Assembly: GCA_951406725.2 (NCBI GenBank)
Contig: OX597815.1
Span: 23,188,001-23,252,000 of the forward strand
Direction: 5' to 3'
Source of the DNA: Octopus vulgaris
Lineage: Eukaryota
Length of the DNA: 64,000 nt
Position numbers and translations under genes: made by a program. Every line of letters begins with the position of its first letter. The stretch's first letter is position 1. The notes below the pieces were generated by a model that saw only the letters and a program-made list of their open reading frames with translations, searched no databases and had not been told where the DNA came from. This document shows, piece by piece, positions 42,465-55,829 of this stretch.

Positions 42465-44979
42465 AGTTTATTTTTGGTGAGCAGAGGATAATGATTTTTG
42501 AACAATTGACATAACTTGACATGTGAAAAGTATTTCTGTATATACAACTTCATGAATTGTGATGTGATGATGAGCACAATTTTTTATAAATTGTTTTATA
42601 AAATATATTATTGTTTAAAATATTTTATTATATCATTATATATTATATTAAAAAAATATTATTAAATTTTCTTAATTTGTTGGGGTTTTTTTCCATTAAA
42701 TTTTACACTTACTCTCACCCATCTTTACATAATGTGGGGTAGCCAGGTATCACCTCTGTAGAAAGTGCTAGTCCATTTTCATTTTTTAGTCTTTCAACAT
42801 TTAACATAAAGCTACTTCCCCATCAAAAGTACTCTCCCCACCTCGTCAAGGGTTGTTTTTGCTTTCCTTTTTTCCTTGTTCTTTTGCTGTCTTGCAAGTT
42901 GCTTGGCAACTTCACTAGAGCTAGTGGTATGAAAAAGCACCCAGTACACACTTTAAAAGGGTATCACAGCTGTAGAAACCATATCAATGACGACCCTGGA
43001 GCCTGGCAAAACCCTGTAGTTTGCTGGATCTTGTCAAACTGTCCAACCCATGCCAGCATGTAAAACAGACATTAAAAGATGGTGATGATTATTAAAATAA
43101 AAATTAACTCATGACAAATAACAAAGAATGTTAATTACAGGTTAAATCCTCCTCCCCCTCTTTATCATCATTTATGCCTATTTCTTTGACTTGAAAAAGT
43201 CAGTTGGAGGAGAATTTTAGAAGTTGTATTGTATGGCTGGATGCTCTTCCTGACACCAACCTGTACTTGTTTTCAAATATGGTACTTTATTCCAATGGAT
43301 CCCAAATGTCAAACTGATAATTGTCAGAGATAAAGTGTCATCACTGCCCAAGCAGTGTCAATGCAAATTTAAATTTGGTAGATGGAAACTGTGTGGAAAC
43401 TTATTGTATCTTTGTGTATGTGTGCGCGTGCACGTGTGTGTGCATGCATGTGTGCGTGTGCACTTGTTTTTGTCCCCCTATTCTTTGGCAGCTATTATTG
43501 GTATTTTTACATCTGCATAACTCAGAGGTTTTGGCAAAAGGGACCCATTGAATAAGTTGTACTAGAATTGATTTGTTCAACTAAATCTTTCAAAGCAGTG
43601 CTCCAGTATGGCCTCAGTCCAATGACTAAAACAAATAAAAATTATTATAATAATAGCTAATTTGGTAGAGTTTGGAGCAGATACAATTGGCTACCTTGTG
43701 TACTAGTGAGTTATGACTGTTACCTCAAAACATGCCATATGCAATGTTAATTTCTGACTGTGCACAACAAAATCCCATTTTGTTTCAATAAAAATATGAA
43801 CTATTATAGGAATCATACAATATGGTTTATTTTTATTATAAACATCTTTAATGTCTGCCAAAATAAAGATTCATTGTTGGAAGTATTTTACACGGATTAT
43901 TTTGATTTGTGTACTCTCTTGCTTGCTGATATGATATAGTTATTTGAATTTTTAAAAACTCCCATGTGAAAGATCATCGTCGGCAGCGGCGTTGTTGTTT
44001 AATGTCTGTTTTCCATGCTGGCAGGAGTTGGATGGTTTGACTGGGGGCTGGCAAGCCAGGAGGCTGTACCAGGCTCCAATCTTATCTGGTAATGTTTCTA
44101 CAGCCGGACGCCCTTCCTAACACCAACCACTCCAAGAGTGTAGTGGGTGCTTTTTATGTGCCACCAGCATGTGAGCCAGTCAGGCAGCACTGGCAATGAT
44201 CCACGCATGAATGGGGCTTATTGTGTGCCACCAGTACGGGAGCCCATACAACATCTTTAATAGTTGGTGTATTGATGTAATTTTTCATGCAGAATCTCTG
44301 GGTTTAATTCACTTATTCCAGAAAATTTTAAAAAAAAGTTGCAGAGGTTTAAAGTTTGATGATTTTTACTCAGTCAGAAAATAGGATTTGGAAGCTGTCA
44401 TTTTGTGTGTGATGCAGTTGTAAGATGACAAAACAATAATGTTAACATTGTGACAATAGCACATATTTTAAGGATTTAATGAGCAAAAAGTGACCAAAAA
44501 AATTAGTAAGCCGCACATATTTTGTTGTTTTAAGCATTCAAGAGATGGGTATTGAAAATGCAACATAAAATATCCAAAAACTGCAACAGATGGATACAAG
44601 CAGGATAACACAGTATAGAATATCAGTTTATAAATACTCATAGTTTTTCATAAACAAGAGTTCCAATGTTTAGCTTGTTACTATGGAAACAGGCACCTAT
44701 ATGTCTAGCTCTTGATTAGCTAAAATTACCCCAAATTTGCAAACTTTAAAAGCTATTAACTGTTTATTTATTGATTTGTAGCGAAAATGAATTTCATGTC
44801 AATAATTAGCATACAGAACTATATCCATACAGCAAATCTGAAATCAATTGGAACAAAATTGGAGAAATTGAAAAGTGGCAGCCAAATAGAACAGAGAAGA
44901 CTAGAAAGCAGTTTTATATACGAATCTATCTTTTTGTTGTGGAATGTCATGTTTGAAGCTATTTTTTGTTGTGATAAGA

Positions 44980-45468
44980 AAACCATCCGAACATGACCGT
45001 AGCCAGTACCGCAACGACTGGCCTCCGTGCTGAGGGCACGTAACAAACACCATCCGAGCGTGGCCGTCCGCCAGCCTCGTCTGGCACCTGTGTCGGTGAC
45101 ACATAAGAAAACACCATCCGAGCGTGGCCGTCAGCCAGCCTCGTCTGGCACCTGTGTCGGTGACACATAAGAAAACACCATCCGAGCGTGGCCGTCAGCC
45201 AGCCTCGTCTGGCACCTGTGTCGGTGGCACATAAAAAACACCATCCGAGCGTGGCCGTCAGCCAGCCTCGTCTGGCACCTGTGTCGGTGGCACATAAAAT
45301 CACCCACTACACTCTCGGAGTGGTTGGCGTTAGGAAGGGCATCCAGCTGTAGAAGCACTGCCAGACCTGACTGGCCTGGTGCAGCCTTCGGGCTTGCCAG
45401 ACCCCAGTTGAACTGTCCAACCCATGCTAGCATGGAAAGCGGACGTTAAACGATGATGATGATGATGA
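44980..45468 (+). mobile_element. RTE 3'UTR copy with an expanded ~64 bp VNTR (4-5 units)
   Basis: Repeated caccatccgagcgtggccgtcagccagcctcgtctggcacctgtgtcggtg units, then the core and (gat)n tail. Confidence 0.85.
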
Positions 45469-47829
45469 TATGTCATGCTTGTTGAGGCAATGTGACTTGC
45501 AGAAAAGACCAATTCTATTTTTGGCAGATATTTAACATCATTACTAGGATAACCATGGAATTTAATTTCATAGTTAAAGGGTTAATAATCCTTATGGAGA
45601 TTCTAGACAAGCATCTGGTGTTCAGGTCATATTCATTTAATAGGAATATCAAATAATAATAAGCGGAACAATTTAGTGTCCAGTTATTTAACTGATTGAA
45701 ATGAGAACCCATCATCATCATCGTCATATTCGTTTAGAGTCCGCTTTCCATGCTAGCATGGGTTGGACGGTTCAACTGGGGTCTGGGAAGCCAGAAGGCT
45801 GCACCAGGCCCAGTCTGATCTGGCAATGTTTCTACGGCTGGATGCCCTTCCTAATGCCAACCACTCCGTGAGTGTAGTGGGTGCTTTTTACGTGCCAGAC
45901 GAGGCTGGCAAACGGCCACGATCGGATGGTGCTTTTTACGTGCCACGATCGGATGGTGCTTTTTACGTGCCACCGGCACGGGGGCTGGGAGACAATGTTT
46001 GATTGAAAGAAAAGAAAATCTTATTGAAAGTAAAATAAACTTCAAAAACATCCTAGCAAATTAGTTATTCTTATGTTGGGGTGCAATTGAAAATTAATGT
46101 AATATATCTGTTCCTCTCTAAATTTCTAATTAATAAAACTGCTGCTGAATTAAACAGTGTTCTTCCTGTTTATAATTAAGCTTTACTTTATGCACACCAT
46201 TCTTTTTTGGAACTGATGTTACAATTTTTTGAAGTCAAGTGTCTTGGCAATGATTTCAGTGTGATAGGTTAGTAACCCTTTAGTTATTATGCCATGTAAG
46301 TGAGATAACTTTTATTATTGTTAATGACAAGTTTCGATGTTGTCAGCATAGTATCAGATTGATCTCAAGTTTCTGATGATTTTGAATCAACATTTCAATG
46401 TTGCCCACTTTATATCAGCTGTGGTGTCTCTTGTCTATAATTCCAGCGTCGCCTTACTGGCACTTATGCTTGTGCTAGTAGGGTGCCAAGAACACCATCC
46501 AAGCGTGATCATTGTGATTGTTGCCAGAGCAGCCAACTGGCTTCTGTACCCATGGCACGTAACAGAGCACCATTCGAGCGTGACCGTTACCAATGTCGCT
46601 TCACTGGCACCTGTGTCAGTGGCACATGTAGAAAGATTCGAGCGAGGTCATTGCCAGTACTGATGACTGGCCCTTGTGCCAGTGGCATGTAAAAAGCACC
46701 CACTACACTCTCGGAGTGGTTGGCATTAGGAAGGGCACCCAGCTGTAGAAATTCTGCCAGATCAAGACTGGAGCCTGGTGCAGCCATCTGGTTCGCCAGC
46801 CCTCAGTCAAAACCATCCAACCCATGCTAGCATGGAAAGTGGACGTTAAACGATGATGATGATGAAAGGTTAATGGAAGTAAGGTAGATGACATGAGACT
46901 GCACTTGAAAGATAACAAGTATTTAATAGCTCCTTTTATTACACTTTTGACATCAGATTAAGTTTCAGAACATTTTGCAGACCAGTATGATTGGGTTTCG
47001 ATATGTGATTTTTTGCTATTGTTTCTGATTGGCCACCAGGTAATTGGCATATGATGCAATGATTGACTCTATGCATGTACACACACACGTGTGTGTGTGT
47101 GTGTGTGAGAGTGAGAGAGAGAGAGAGAGGGAGGGAGAGAGAAAGAGAGAGGGTGGGAGAGAGAGAGAAATTGACTATATTTTTTGAGTACAAGAAAAAG
47201 ATATAAATACTTTCAATAGATCTGAAAAAGATAACTGTTTCAGTTATAGTACTTCGCTGAGTCAAATTCATAGTTAGAAAATAACAAAAGGACCTTTATG
47301 AAGTACTGCTCTTTGTACTCAGTTGCTATATTAGCACCATCCACATATGTCTGATTACTGCAATCATCTAGGAGGATGCTTTTTATTCACTATTCCCTTT
47401 TAATAAAGGTTTGCAATCTGAGAGCCTGTCTTCTCAGTTTTCAAAAGTGCGAGAGAGAGAGTAGTGGGGGGAAAGTATTAAAAAGGGGGGAATAGGTGGC
47501 AGAGAAATAATGAGGGCAATGGGGACAGGAAGGTGAGAAGGAGGAGTAGTGTAGTGGTGGTGATGTGAGTGAGAACATGTCATATTAATACACATATAAT
47601 GTTTTATATAAATATTATTGTAAGATACATAGGTTGTAATAAGGAGCAAGCTATTGTTAGCATATCATCTTTTTGTAGCAAGTTACTAATACAAGGCTGC
47701 TAGGTTAGGCAATGAGTGGATTGCTTTTAAGAAATGATGCTCTGTTTTCTTCATTTGGGATACTTGCAACTTTAAAATTTTAATTTTTTAAATGGTAAAA
47801 TTTATCAAAACTGGCTTTCAGGTAATCCT

Positions 47830-47873
<44 letters not shown>

Positions 47874-47874
<1 letters not shown>

Positions 47875-48232
47875 TAGCAGTATTGTCTGGCATTGTTCGG
47901 GTTTGTATTGACCTTTAGAATTGGAATTTTTGAAAAGTAAAAATTTTGCATTATGTAGCTTTAAGTGAACATTTTTCTGGTTGAAATACACCGAAAAATG
48001 CTGACACAGCAGTCAAAAAATCGTAAAAAATAGGGATTTTCATAGAAAAAAAGCACCTTTTTGATGTAAATAATTTTTGGTGTTAACATGGTCTGATTTG
48101 AATTTTTTCTTCTACGGAAGAAAGAGCAAGTTTCTATTCCACTCTCAATTTTGGTCAACTTGTGCCGCAGTGTCTTGGAAGAGATAGTGTTAGTTGAAGG
48201 CTACCAAACCTGCCATACACAGACAACTTCAG

Positions 48233-48240
<8 letters not shown>
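47874..48240 (-). mobile_element. Non-autonomous Helitron, second copy, flanked by (TA)n
   Basis: High similarity to 33220-33609, including the CTAG end. Confidence 0.8.
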
Positions 48241-48289
<49 letters not shown>

Positions 48290-48699
48290 ATCCAAAAAAT
48301 ACAAAGAAAAAACACAAGGAAAAAGCAAGAATGCGAGGTCGTGGTGACCTCCATGAACATGTTGGACAGCATCCCCATAGATTCCAGGGAGTGCATGGTT
48401 TTGGCCCTAGAAATGAGGAAGGAACAAGACTACACACACACACACGCACACACACACACACACACACACAAAGAAAAATATGAGTTAGAAGTTATGCAAC
48501 CATCTAAGGGATAAATGTATCTGTAAGCACTACTAGTATATTACCTCACTACGTATAGTCCTAGCTATAAGGTGTACAGTAGTTGGTAATTTAAAGGTAA
48601 AACCGTGGTTTAATATATATTGAAAAGAAAAGAAATGGAGCAATAATAAACAATGAGAAGTTGATCATTGCTATTAAAAGGTCATAGTTTAATTAGACA

Positions 48700-50037
48700 C
48701 AAAAGTTAGACTAATCTGTCCCAATAAATCTGATCTATGTAAGCTAAGTAAATTAATATTAGATAAATATATCCCTACTATAAAAAATAAAATCACCCTT
48801 GTATTATGGTCAAATAACCATGACACCCTTAACTGGTTCTCCAAGATACAGAATAAAAATAGCTATAAGTTCCTACATATAGACACAGGGAACTACTACT
48901 CATTAATTAACCCTACAGGTGCAGGAGTGGCTGTGTGGTAAGTAGCTTGCTAACCAACCACATGGTTCCGGGTTCAGTCCCACTGCGTGGCATCTTGGGC
49001 AAGTGTCTTCTGCTATAGCCCCGGGCCGACCAATGCCTTGTGAGTAGATTTGGTAGATGGAAACTGAAAGAAGCCTGTTGTATATATGTATATATATATA
49101 TGTGTGTGTTTGTGTGTCTGTGTTTGTCCCCCAAGCATTGTTTGACAACCGATGCTGGCGTGTTTATGTCCCTGTCACTTAGCGGTTTGGCAAAAGAGAC
49201 CGATAGAATAAGTACTGGGCTTACAAAGAATAAGTCCCGGGGTCGATTTGCTCAACTAAAGGCGGTGCTCCAGCATGGCCGCAGCCAAATGACTGAAACA
49301 AGTAGAAGAGAGAGTAAAAAGAGAGAGACAATTCTAAATAGTGAACTAACAATGAGTGAAATTACGGTAATCATAGAAGCTAGGAAATCTATTATAAAAT
49401 TCGATAACAAATTATGGGTAAGAAAGGATACCTCCAATTACTTCGACATCACTATGGGAGCCCCTGATTCAGGACAAGTATCCGACTTAGTAGGCGTTTA
49501 CTTATTATCACATTTACATGAAAAATTCCCAGAGATCAGAGGAGGCCTTTACAAAGACGATGCATTATTTATCCTTAAAAACACCTCAAATAGGAGACTA
49601 GAACTACTAAAGAAAAAAATATATAAGTTCTTTAAACATTTTGGCTTAACCATCACAATAGAAAAAGAACATAATTCTATTAACTACTTAGATGCCAACG
49701 GTAATCTAACCATGGGACTACACAAACCGTACATTAAACCGAATACAAACCTTAAATATATAAATGCACCTAGCAACCACCCAAACTTTATAAAAAGAGG
49801 ACTTGTAGAAAGCATCAGCAAAATAATCTCATATCTCTCATCCAACGAAGATATCTTTAATAAGTATAAGGAATTCTACAACAGGGCATTAGAAAAAACA
49901 GGTTATAAGCAAAAAATTAAGTACCTTTACGTGGAACCCTATAAAAATAACCCTAATAACATAAATATTCAAAATTATAATAGGAATAATAGCCAAAATG
50001 TCTATTATAATAATCATAAAAATGTGTTGAACTATTA
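48700..50037 (+). mobile_element. Penelope-like element (PLE) reverse transcriptase remnant, split by a SINE at 48918-49327
   Basis: Upstream part: VRLICPNKSDLCKLSKLILD..WSNNHDTLNWF..FLHIDTGNYYSLI (motifs 2/A). Downstream part: ARKSII..FDITMGAPDSGQVSDLVG..GLYKDDAL..GLTITI..INYLD..PYIKPN..SNHP..SSNEDIF..YNRALEKTGY. No endonuclease seen. Confidence 0.88.
48918..49327 (+). mobile_element. SINE family A interrupting the PLE RT
   Basis: Full copy lying between the RT motif A and motif B coding segments. Confidence 0.88.
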
Positions 50038-51200
50038 GGCGCAGGAGTGGCTGTGTGGTAAGTAGCTTGCTAACCAACCACATGGGTCTGGGTTCAGTCC
50101 CACTGCGTGGCATCTTGGACAAGTGTCTTCTGCTATAGCCCCGGGCCGACCAATGCCTTGTGAGTGGATTTGGTAGACGGAAACTGAAAGAAGCCTGTTG
50201 TATATATGTATATATATATATATATACAAATTGAGATAGGGGTTGTAAATGCAACCCTCCATGGGATAACATATATCCAATATACTGCTAGTGAAGTACC
50301 CAACAAAGTTAATACATAAATGTTAATGATTGCGATGCAATCAATTCATTTACTGTACTATATGGGCAAAGGTAAAATGATTTACCACAAATTACTAATA
50401 CAAGAAAATGGAGAAATACATCTAAATCAAATATCAATTACCAGATAATACTCAATCACATACTTTATTAAACCACCACATAAGAGACTGTAGGGTTAAA
50501 CATAAAAAGCAGAACAAATCAGTGTACATAAAGGAATCATCATCATCATCATCATCATTTAGCGTCCGTTCTCCATGCTAGCATGGGTTGGACGGTTCAA
50601 CTGGGGTCTGTGAAGCTGGAAGGCTTCATCAGGCCCAGTCAGATCTGGCAGTGTTTCTACGGCTGGATGCCCTTCCTAACGCCAACCACTCCGTGAGTGT
50701 AGTGGGTGCTTTTTACGTGCCACCCGCACAGGTGCCAGACAGAGTTGGCAAACGGCCACGAACGGATGGTGCTTTTACGTGTCACCGGCACGGAGGCCAG
50801 GCGAGACTGGCAACGGACACGAACGGATGGTGCTTTTACGTGCCACCAACACGGGGGCCAGACAGAGCTGGCAAACGGCCACGAAACGGATGGTACATAA
50901 AAAAGTGTACATAAAAGAGTAATGTTGTATAATAAGTAGAATATATATAAAAGAGAATATAAATATAAGTAAATATAAATATAAGTATAGATTACATCTT
51001 TTATATATATTCTACTTATTATACAACATTACTCTTTTATGTACACTTTTTTATGTACATTCCTTTATGTACACTGATTTGTTCTGCTTTTTATATTTAA
51101 CCCTACAGTCTCTTATGTAGTGGTTTAATAAAGTATGTGATTGAGTATTATCTGGTAATTGATATTTGATTTAGATGTATTTCTCCATTTTCTTATCTTG

Positions 51201-51235
<35 letters not shown>

Positions 51236-51444
51236 TTGTGTGTCTGTGTTTGTCCCCCTAGCATTGCTTGACAACTGATGCTGGTGTGTTTACGTCCCCG
51301 TCACTTAGCGGTTCGGCAAAAGAGACCGATAGAATAAGTACTGGGCTTACAAAAGAATAAGTCCCGGGGTCGAGTTGCTCGATTAAAGGCGGTGCTCCAG
51401 CATGGCCGCAGTCTAATGACTGAAACAAGTAAAAGAGAAAAGAG
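50038..51444 (+). mobile_element. SINE family A split at its internal (TA)n by a ~1 kb insertion
   Basis: 5' half at 50038-50226 and 3' half at 51201-51444. Confidence 0.82.
50402..51194. repeat. Long inverted repeat (~200 bp arms); the left arm is interrupted by an RTE 3'UTR copy
   Basis: Left arm 50402-50537 plus 50893-50954; right arm 50997-51194. Confidence 0.92.
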
Positions 51445-52109
51445 TAATTTTAAAATATGCTACTTTTATTGGAATCGATCTGGCAACCGTTAACTGACCT
51501 GTCCTAAATTATAAAGTGTAGCATTAGATATGACTAATGCTACCTAAGTTCAAAACATTTTCATATCATATAGCTCCATGGGTCCCTCACTCAAATTGAT
51601 CCTGTTAGCACACACACACACGCACGCACACACGCACGCACACACACACACACACACACATACACACACACACAATTTCTTAAGAAGAAATTCACTTAAA
51701 AAGAAAATATCAATTTGGTTTTACTTTCTTCTCTGTTCTCTTTTTCACTTGTAAAAGAAAATAAATAACCACACGAGATAATACTATTTTTTTTAAAAGA
51801 CTATTTTTATTCGGTTAGAATTATTATCAACGGCTGAAATGCCTTGTGGTATTTAGTTACGCCTCCATGCGTTCAAAATTAAAATTCCGTTTCAACTGCG
51901 AAGGAAAGAAGTCAATTAAATCGAGTAAACTCCCCTAAACTTGTATAGCGAGTTTATAATACATCAGAATATTTGATTTCATTGAAAGAAACATATTTTT
52001 TGTACCCTTTTTCTTTCAAATGTAGGTGATTTTATTTTGGCAGCTTCAATATTTTCCCAGTAGAACTTTTTCCACCGAATTCATTCAATTAATTGGTTTA
52101 AAAAAGTGC

Positions 52110-52145
52110 GGCTGCTATAAAAATCTAGACCGGATGTTACGTCAG
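52110..52145 (+). promoter_or_regulatory. Putative SENP8 core promoter (TATA, ETS-like and CRE-like motifs)
   Basis: TATAAAA at 52116, CCGGATGT at 52130 and TTACGTCA at 52137, 50-80 nt upstream of the ATG; motif match only. Confidence 0.4.
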
Positions 52146-52193
52146 AGGTGATGTACCTTTCATCCAATGTTGAAGTACCCCATTAGTTGAACG

Positions 52194-52312
52194 ATGGCTG
52201 GGGAAACAGATATAGTGTTAAACTATCATAACAGTCTGTTACGGGTATCTGATTACGAGTTACTGGATCCTCCCAACTGGATCAATGATAAAATCATTGA
52301 GTTTTGTTTCGA
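52194..52312 (+). CDS. SENP8: Sentrin-specific protease 8 / NEDD8-specific protease (NEDP1/DEN1), first coding exon; the remaining exons were not found in the window
   Basis: acgATGG start; MAGETDIVLNYHNSLLRVSDYELLDPPNWINDKIIEFCFE closely parallels the SENP8 N-terminus (VLSY.DSLLR.SD..LLDPP.WLND.II.F.FE); strong donor GA|gtaagt at 52313. Too short for the ORF track. Confidence 0.9.
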
Positions 52313-54593
52313 GTAAGTTTATTTTGATTTCTACTCTGCCTTCATTAGAGGGACAGCTCTCTTGTTCTTAATAGTAAAATTATATAACCCAGTTTTTGTT
52401 GACATTTATTAACATGATACTTTTTCTCCACGCTTCGTCGACTTTTCATTTTTATATAGTTTAATATTTCTCTCCATGATAACTGCCGATTCAATCCTGA
52501 ATTTCTGTCCATGCTGTGTAAAGGCGTTACGAACAACAACCTAACGAAAAGTCAAAAGAAAAATAAAGTCAAACATTTATTTACATTTTACACAACTTAG
52601 AACAAAATCGGAACATCACTTTATTAAAGAATGCGAGAAAACTAGGGTTAGTCTGCACCAGCAAGAATAAATTTTTATAAAGAAGCTTAAAAATAAAGAT
52701 AGGTTGATGTTCAGTAAGAAGAAATAGTTAAGGCTGAAAGGTAAAGATATTCATCAGAATTTTTCTTGAAGGTTTTATCATGTTTAGGGTGTTGAAGTCC
52801 TGTAGGCCACGGTACTAGCTGTTTTGTATTTTCTTTAGACCTTCACTAGCTATGCTTTTATTTTTAACAACCAGTATAAATCCAACCATATAAATCCATC
52901 CCCCTCGACGCTTCTGCCTTCAATTTCGTGAGATCAGTTATTGTGAATAAAAGTTCTAGTAGTTTTTTGGTTTGTTCTTGTTTAAAATATCATGTTTTTC
53001 GCAGGTTGCTGTTACACCTAATATTAATTTTTCAGTCCAGAATGGAAACTATTAGTGAACCACAATGAATAAACTAACTAAGAACATGACTTGTATCATG
53101 TCATTTTAGTTTCGGTTATTCGTGGTTATTGTTGCGGGAACACACCCACACACGCTCTTTAAACTACAGGAATGTTTTCTTAGGAAAACTAATAATTATC
53201 TGCAAATGAATATACTTTTACGAATAAGCAGCTTTATTTACAATATTTCTTTTTATTGGTCACCGATAAAGTTTCAGAATAAATGCTTTTAAAATTAAAT
53301 ACTAGCAAAAACAACCAGAACAAATTAAACATGGTCTGTACAGAGAAAAATGTGTTGCAAAATTTAACAAGGTCGAGTGTATAAAGCGATTAATCTCAAT
53401 GTTTTGGACAGACGGTACCAAGTATTTGGTTAGCTGTGAATGAAACTATTAATATCGCCTTTCTTCATAATTTTGGTGTGTATGTATTCACTGGCACTGT
53501 TTTTAACTCTTTCAGTTTAGACAACAAATGTAGTATACGTCAATCGTATTAATATTGTTAACTAACTATACAAGGAAATTCTGCAAGATTAATTCTGGTA
53601 GAATTTATTTTCTTTCTTAATTTCTATCAATACGCTATTTGTAGCCACAGTTTACTGCTTTCATACGACTCTGAAACTGCCTACTTAAGAATATGTCCCC
53701 TATTTTAAGAACTTCGTATTCTAACATGAATCTCTCTCTCTCTTGGTTTCTTTGAGGAAAATGTCAAGGACGCAATGTTTTTCTATAAGGTGAAAAGTGT
53801 TTAGATTTTAAAGAATTTTCATATAAGTTTTAGTTGAAATAGCAATGTTTTCGCAAGTAATTACTATTGTCGAATGTATTTGAGGTTGTTCAAATTAAAA
53901 CCACAAAACATAAGTTTGTTGGGGTAAAATAACAAAACTCGACTTTCACTTTGGATTCAGTATCGTTTTTTACATGTTACATATTTTTTAAATATTTATA
54001 TTAATGTGATTTTACTGTGTTTAATTTTTCTTAATTAGAATTTGGCATTCTTTCGTTACTGTCGAAAGAATGCCTAGAATTTTCCATATTATATTTAGTT
54101 CTTTATATAAAGGTAAATAGCCAGTAAGTTATTGACATTTTGGAGGAAGGATATGGAGAACAAAACCGAGGCCAGGGACATTCCACATTTGATAAAATAT
54201 AGCTGAACGAGAGTCAGTAAAAGACGAGAGTTAGATGGAAACTATACGCTAACTTTCGACGGGAGATCTACGTGTTAAATAAACATAAACATGGTCAACA
54301 ACTTTTCTGATGTTGAGAGTAACAACACTGCTTTTACCATATTTGTAGAGAGAAGGACCCATAGGGAGTGACATAAAAGAGTGTTTTTAAAAAATTTTTT
54401 TAGAAGATCTGGCTTTATGAAATCGTACAAGTAGTCATTAAGAAGAAACGGTGGTTATTGTTTATGGCTATATCTGTCATCTTTGAGATGTTGGGAGTAT
54501 GACAGCACGGTAGTTGGCAGAGTCAAAGGAGTTTCTCTTAGTGGGAATATGATACCCTGTAGTATGTTTTAAAAATATCAAAATATATTCCCG

Positions 54594-54625
<32 letters not shown>

Positions 54626-55125
54626 AGGGAGTAAGGGGTCTAATTTTGGAGCACATTTTTCGAGGATAACAGTAGGGACATTGTCAGTGCTTGTAGCCCC
54701 CTAAGTTTGAAGTTACCATTAATACTTTCATAAATGGTGAATATATCTGCATGATGGTGAGATTGGTGAAGTGAAGGGTATAGTTTTTATCTGGTGTATG
54801 CAGTGTGAAGTTGTATACAAAGAAGACAACACATGAAGTGCCTTTTTTTCTTGAGAGAACTGGTAACTCAGCCATCATCAGTGAGAAGTGGGTAAAGATC
54901 TTTTTCACAAGGAACCAAAAGAATTACTGTAGCTTGGGAGTCAGGTGAGCTTGATGGGTGTACAATGCACAGAGGCATCTTTGTTGTTCACTTCGTGTGT
55001 TTGTGTGTGATGGAAGGCATGTAATTTTCTTCAAGTTGTTGGTCATGTTTTGGGATGTGGAGTGTGAGATGCTTAAGAGAATTGCATAAGTCACCTCTCT
55101 AAGTGATTCTGATGGAGTGAATGTA

Positions 55126-55166
<41 letters not shown>

Positions 55167-55829
55167 CAATCATTCAAAGTGGAAGAGGGAGATCCAGGAA
55201 GATATGGGACAAAACAGTGAATGACAATCTCAGGACACTGAGCCTTATGGAGGAGATGACAAAGGACCAAGATATCTGGCACCTCTCTGTATTTAAGAAA
55301 ACCCATCCTTCATAGCAGAATTATTAATTATTTCTTTATTGCCCACAAGGGGCTAAACATGGAGGGGACAAACGGATTAAGTCGATTACATTGACCCTAG
55401 TGCATAACTGGTACTTATTTAATCGACCTCGAAAGGATTTGAACTCGGAACGTAAAGACAGACGAAATACCGCTAAGCATTTCTGCCAGCTCACCGCCTT
55501 AATAGCAGAATTGTTAATGCTGCACCCTCTCCTGAAAAGGATTGGCCTGCAAGAGCCCTCTTCCAGTACCATGTGAAAAGTACCTGTGGCAGTGTCATGT
55601 GAAAAAGCACTGATGCTAATGGCATGTAATAGCACCTGTGTCAGTGCCATGTAAAAGCATCCAGCTGAAGAAACCATGCCAAATCAGACTGGGGTCTGGT
55701 GCAGCTCCCCAGCTTTCCAGCTCTGGTCAAACCTTCCAGTCCATGCCAGTATGGATAACGGACATTAAATGATGATGAATGATTATTTATTATGTACTTA
55801 TTATATATGATAAAGGGGCTCCAAAAGGG

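Noticed and set aside
44980-45300. CRISPR-like array, also considered at 8818-8920 and 29780-30010
   Set aside because: Tandem units without unique spacers, no cas genes, eukaryotic context; these are VNTRs.
49040-50038. 332-aa ORF as an intact RT gene
   Set aside because: Its first ~96 codons are SINE sequence in frame by chance, it starts at GTG, and RT motif A is stranded upstream of the SINE.
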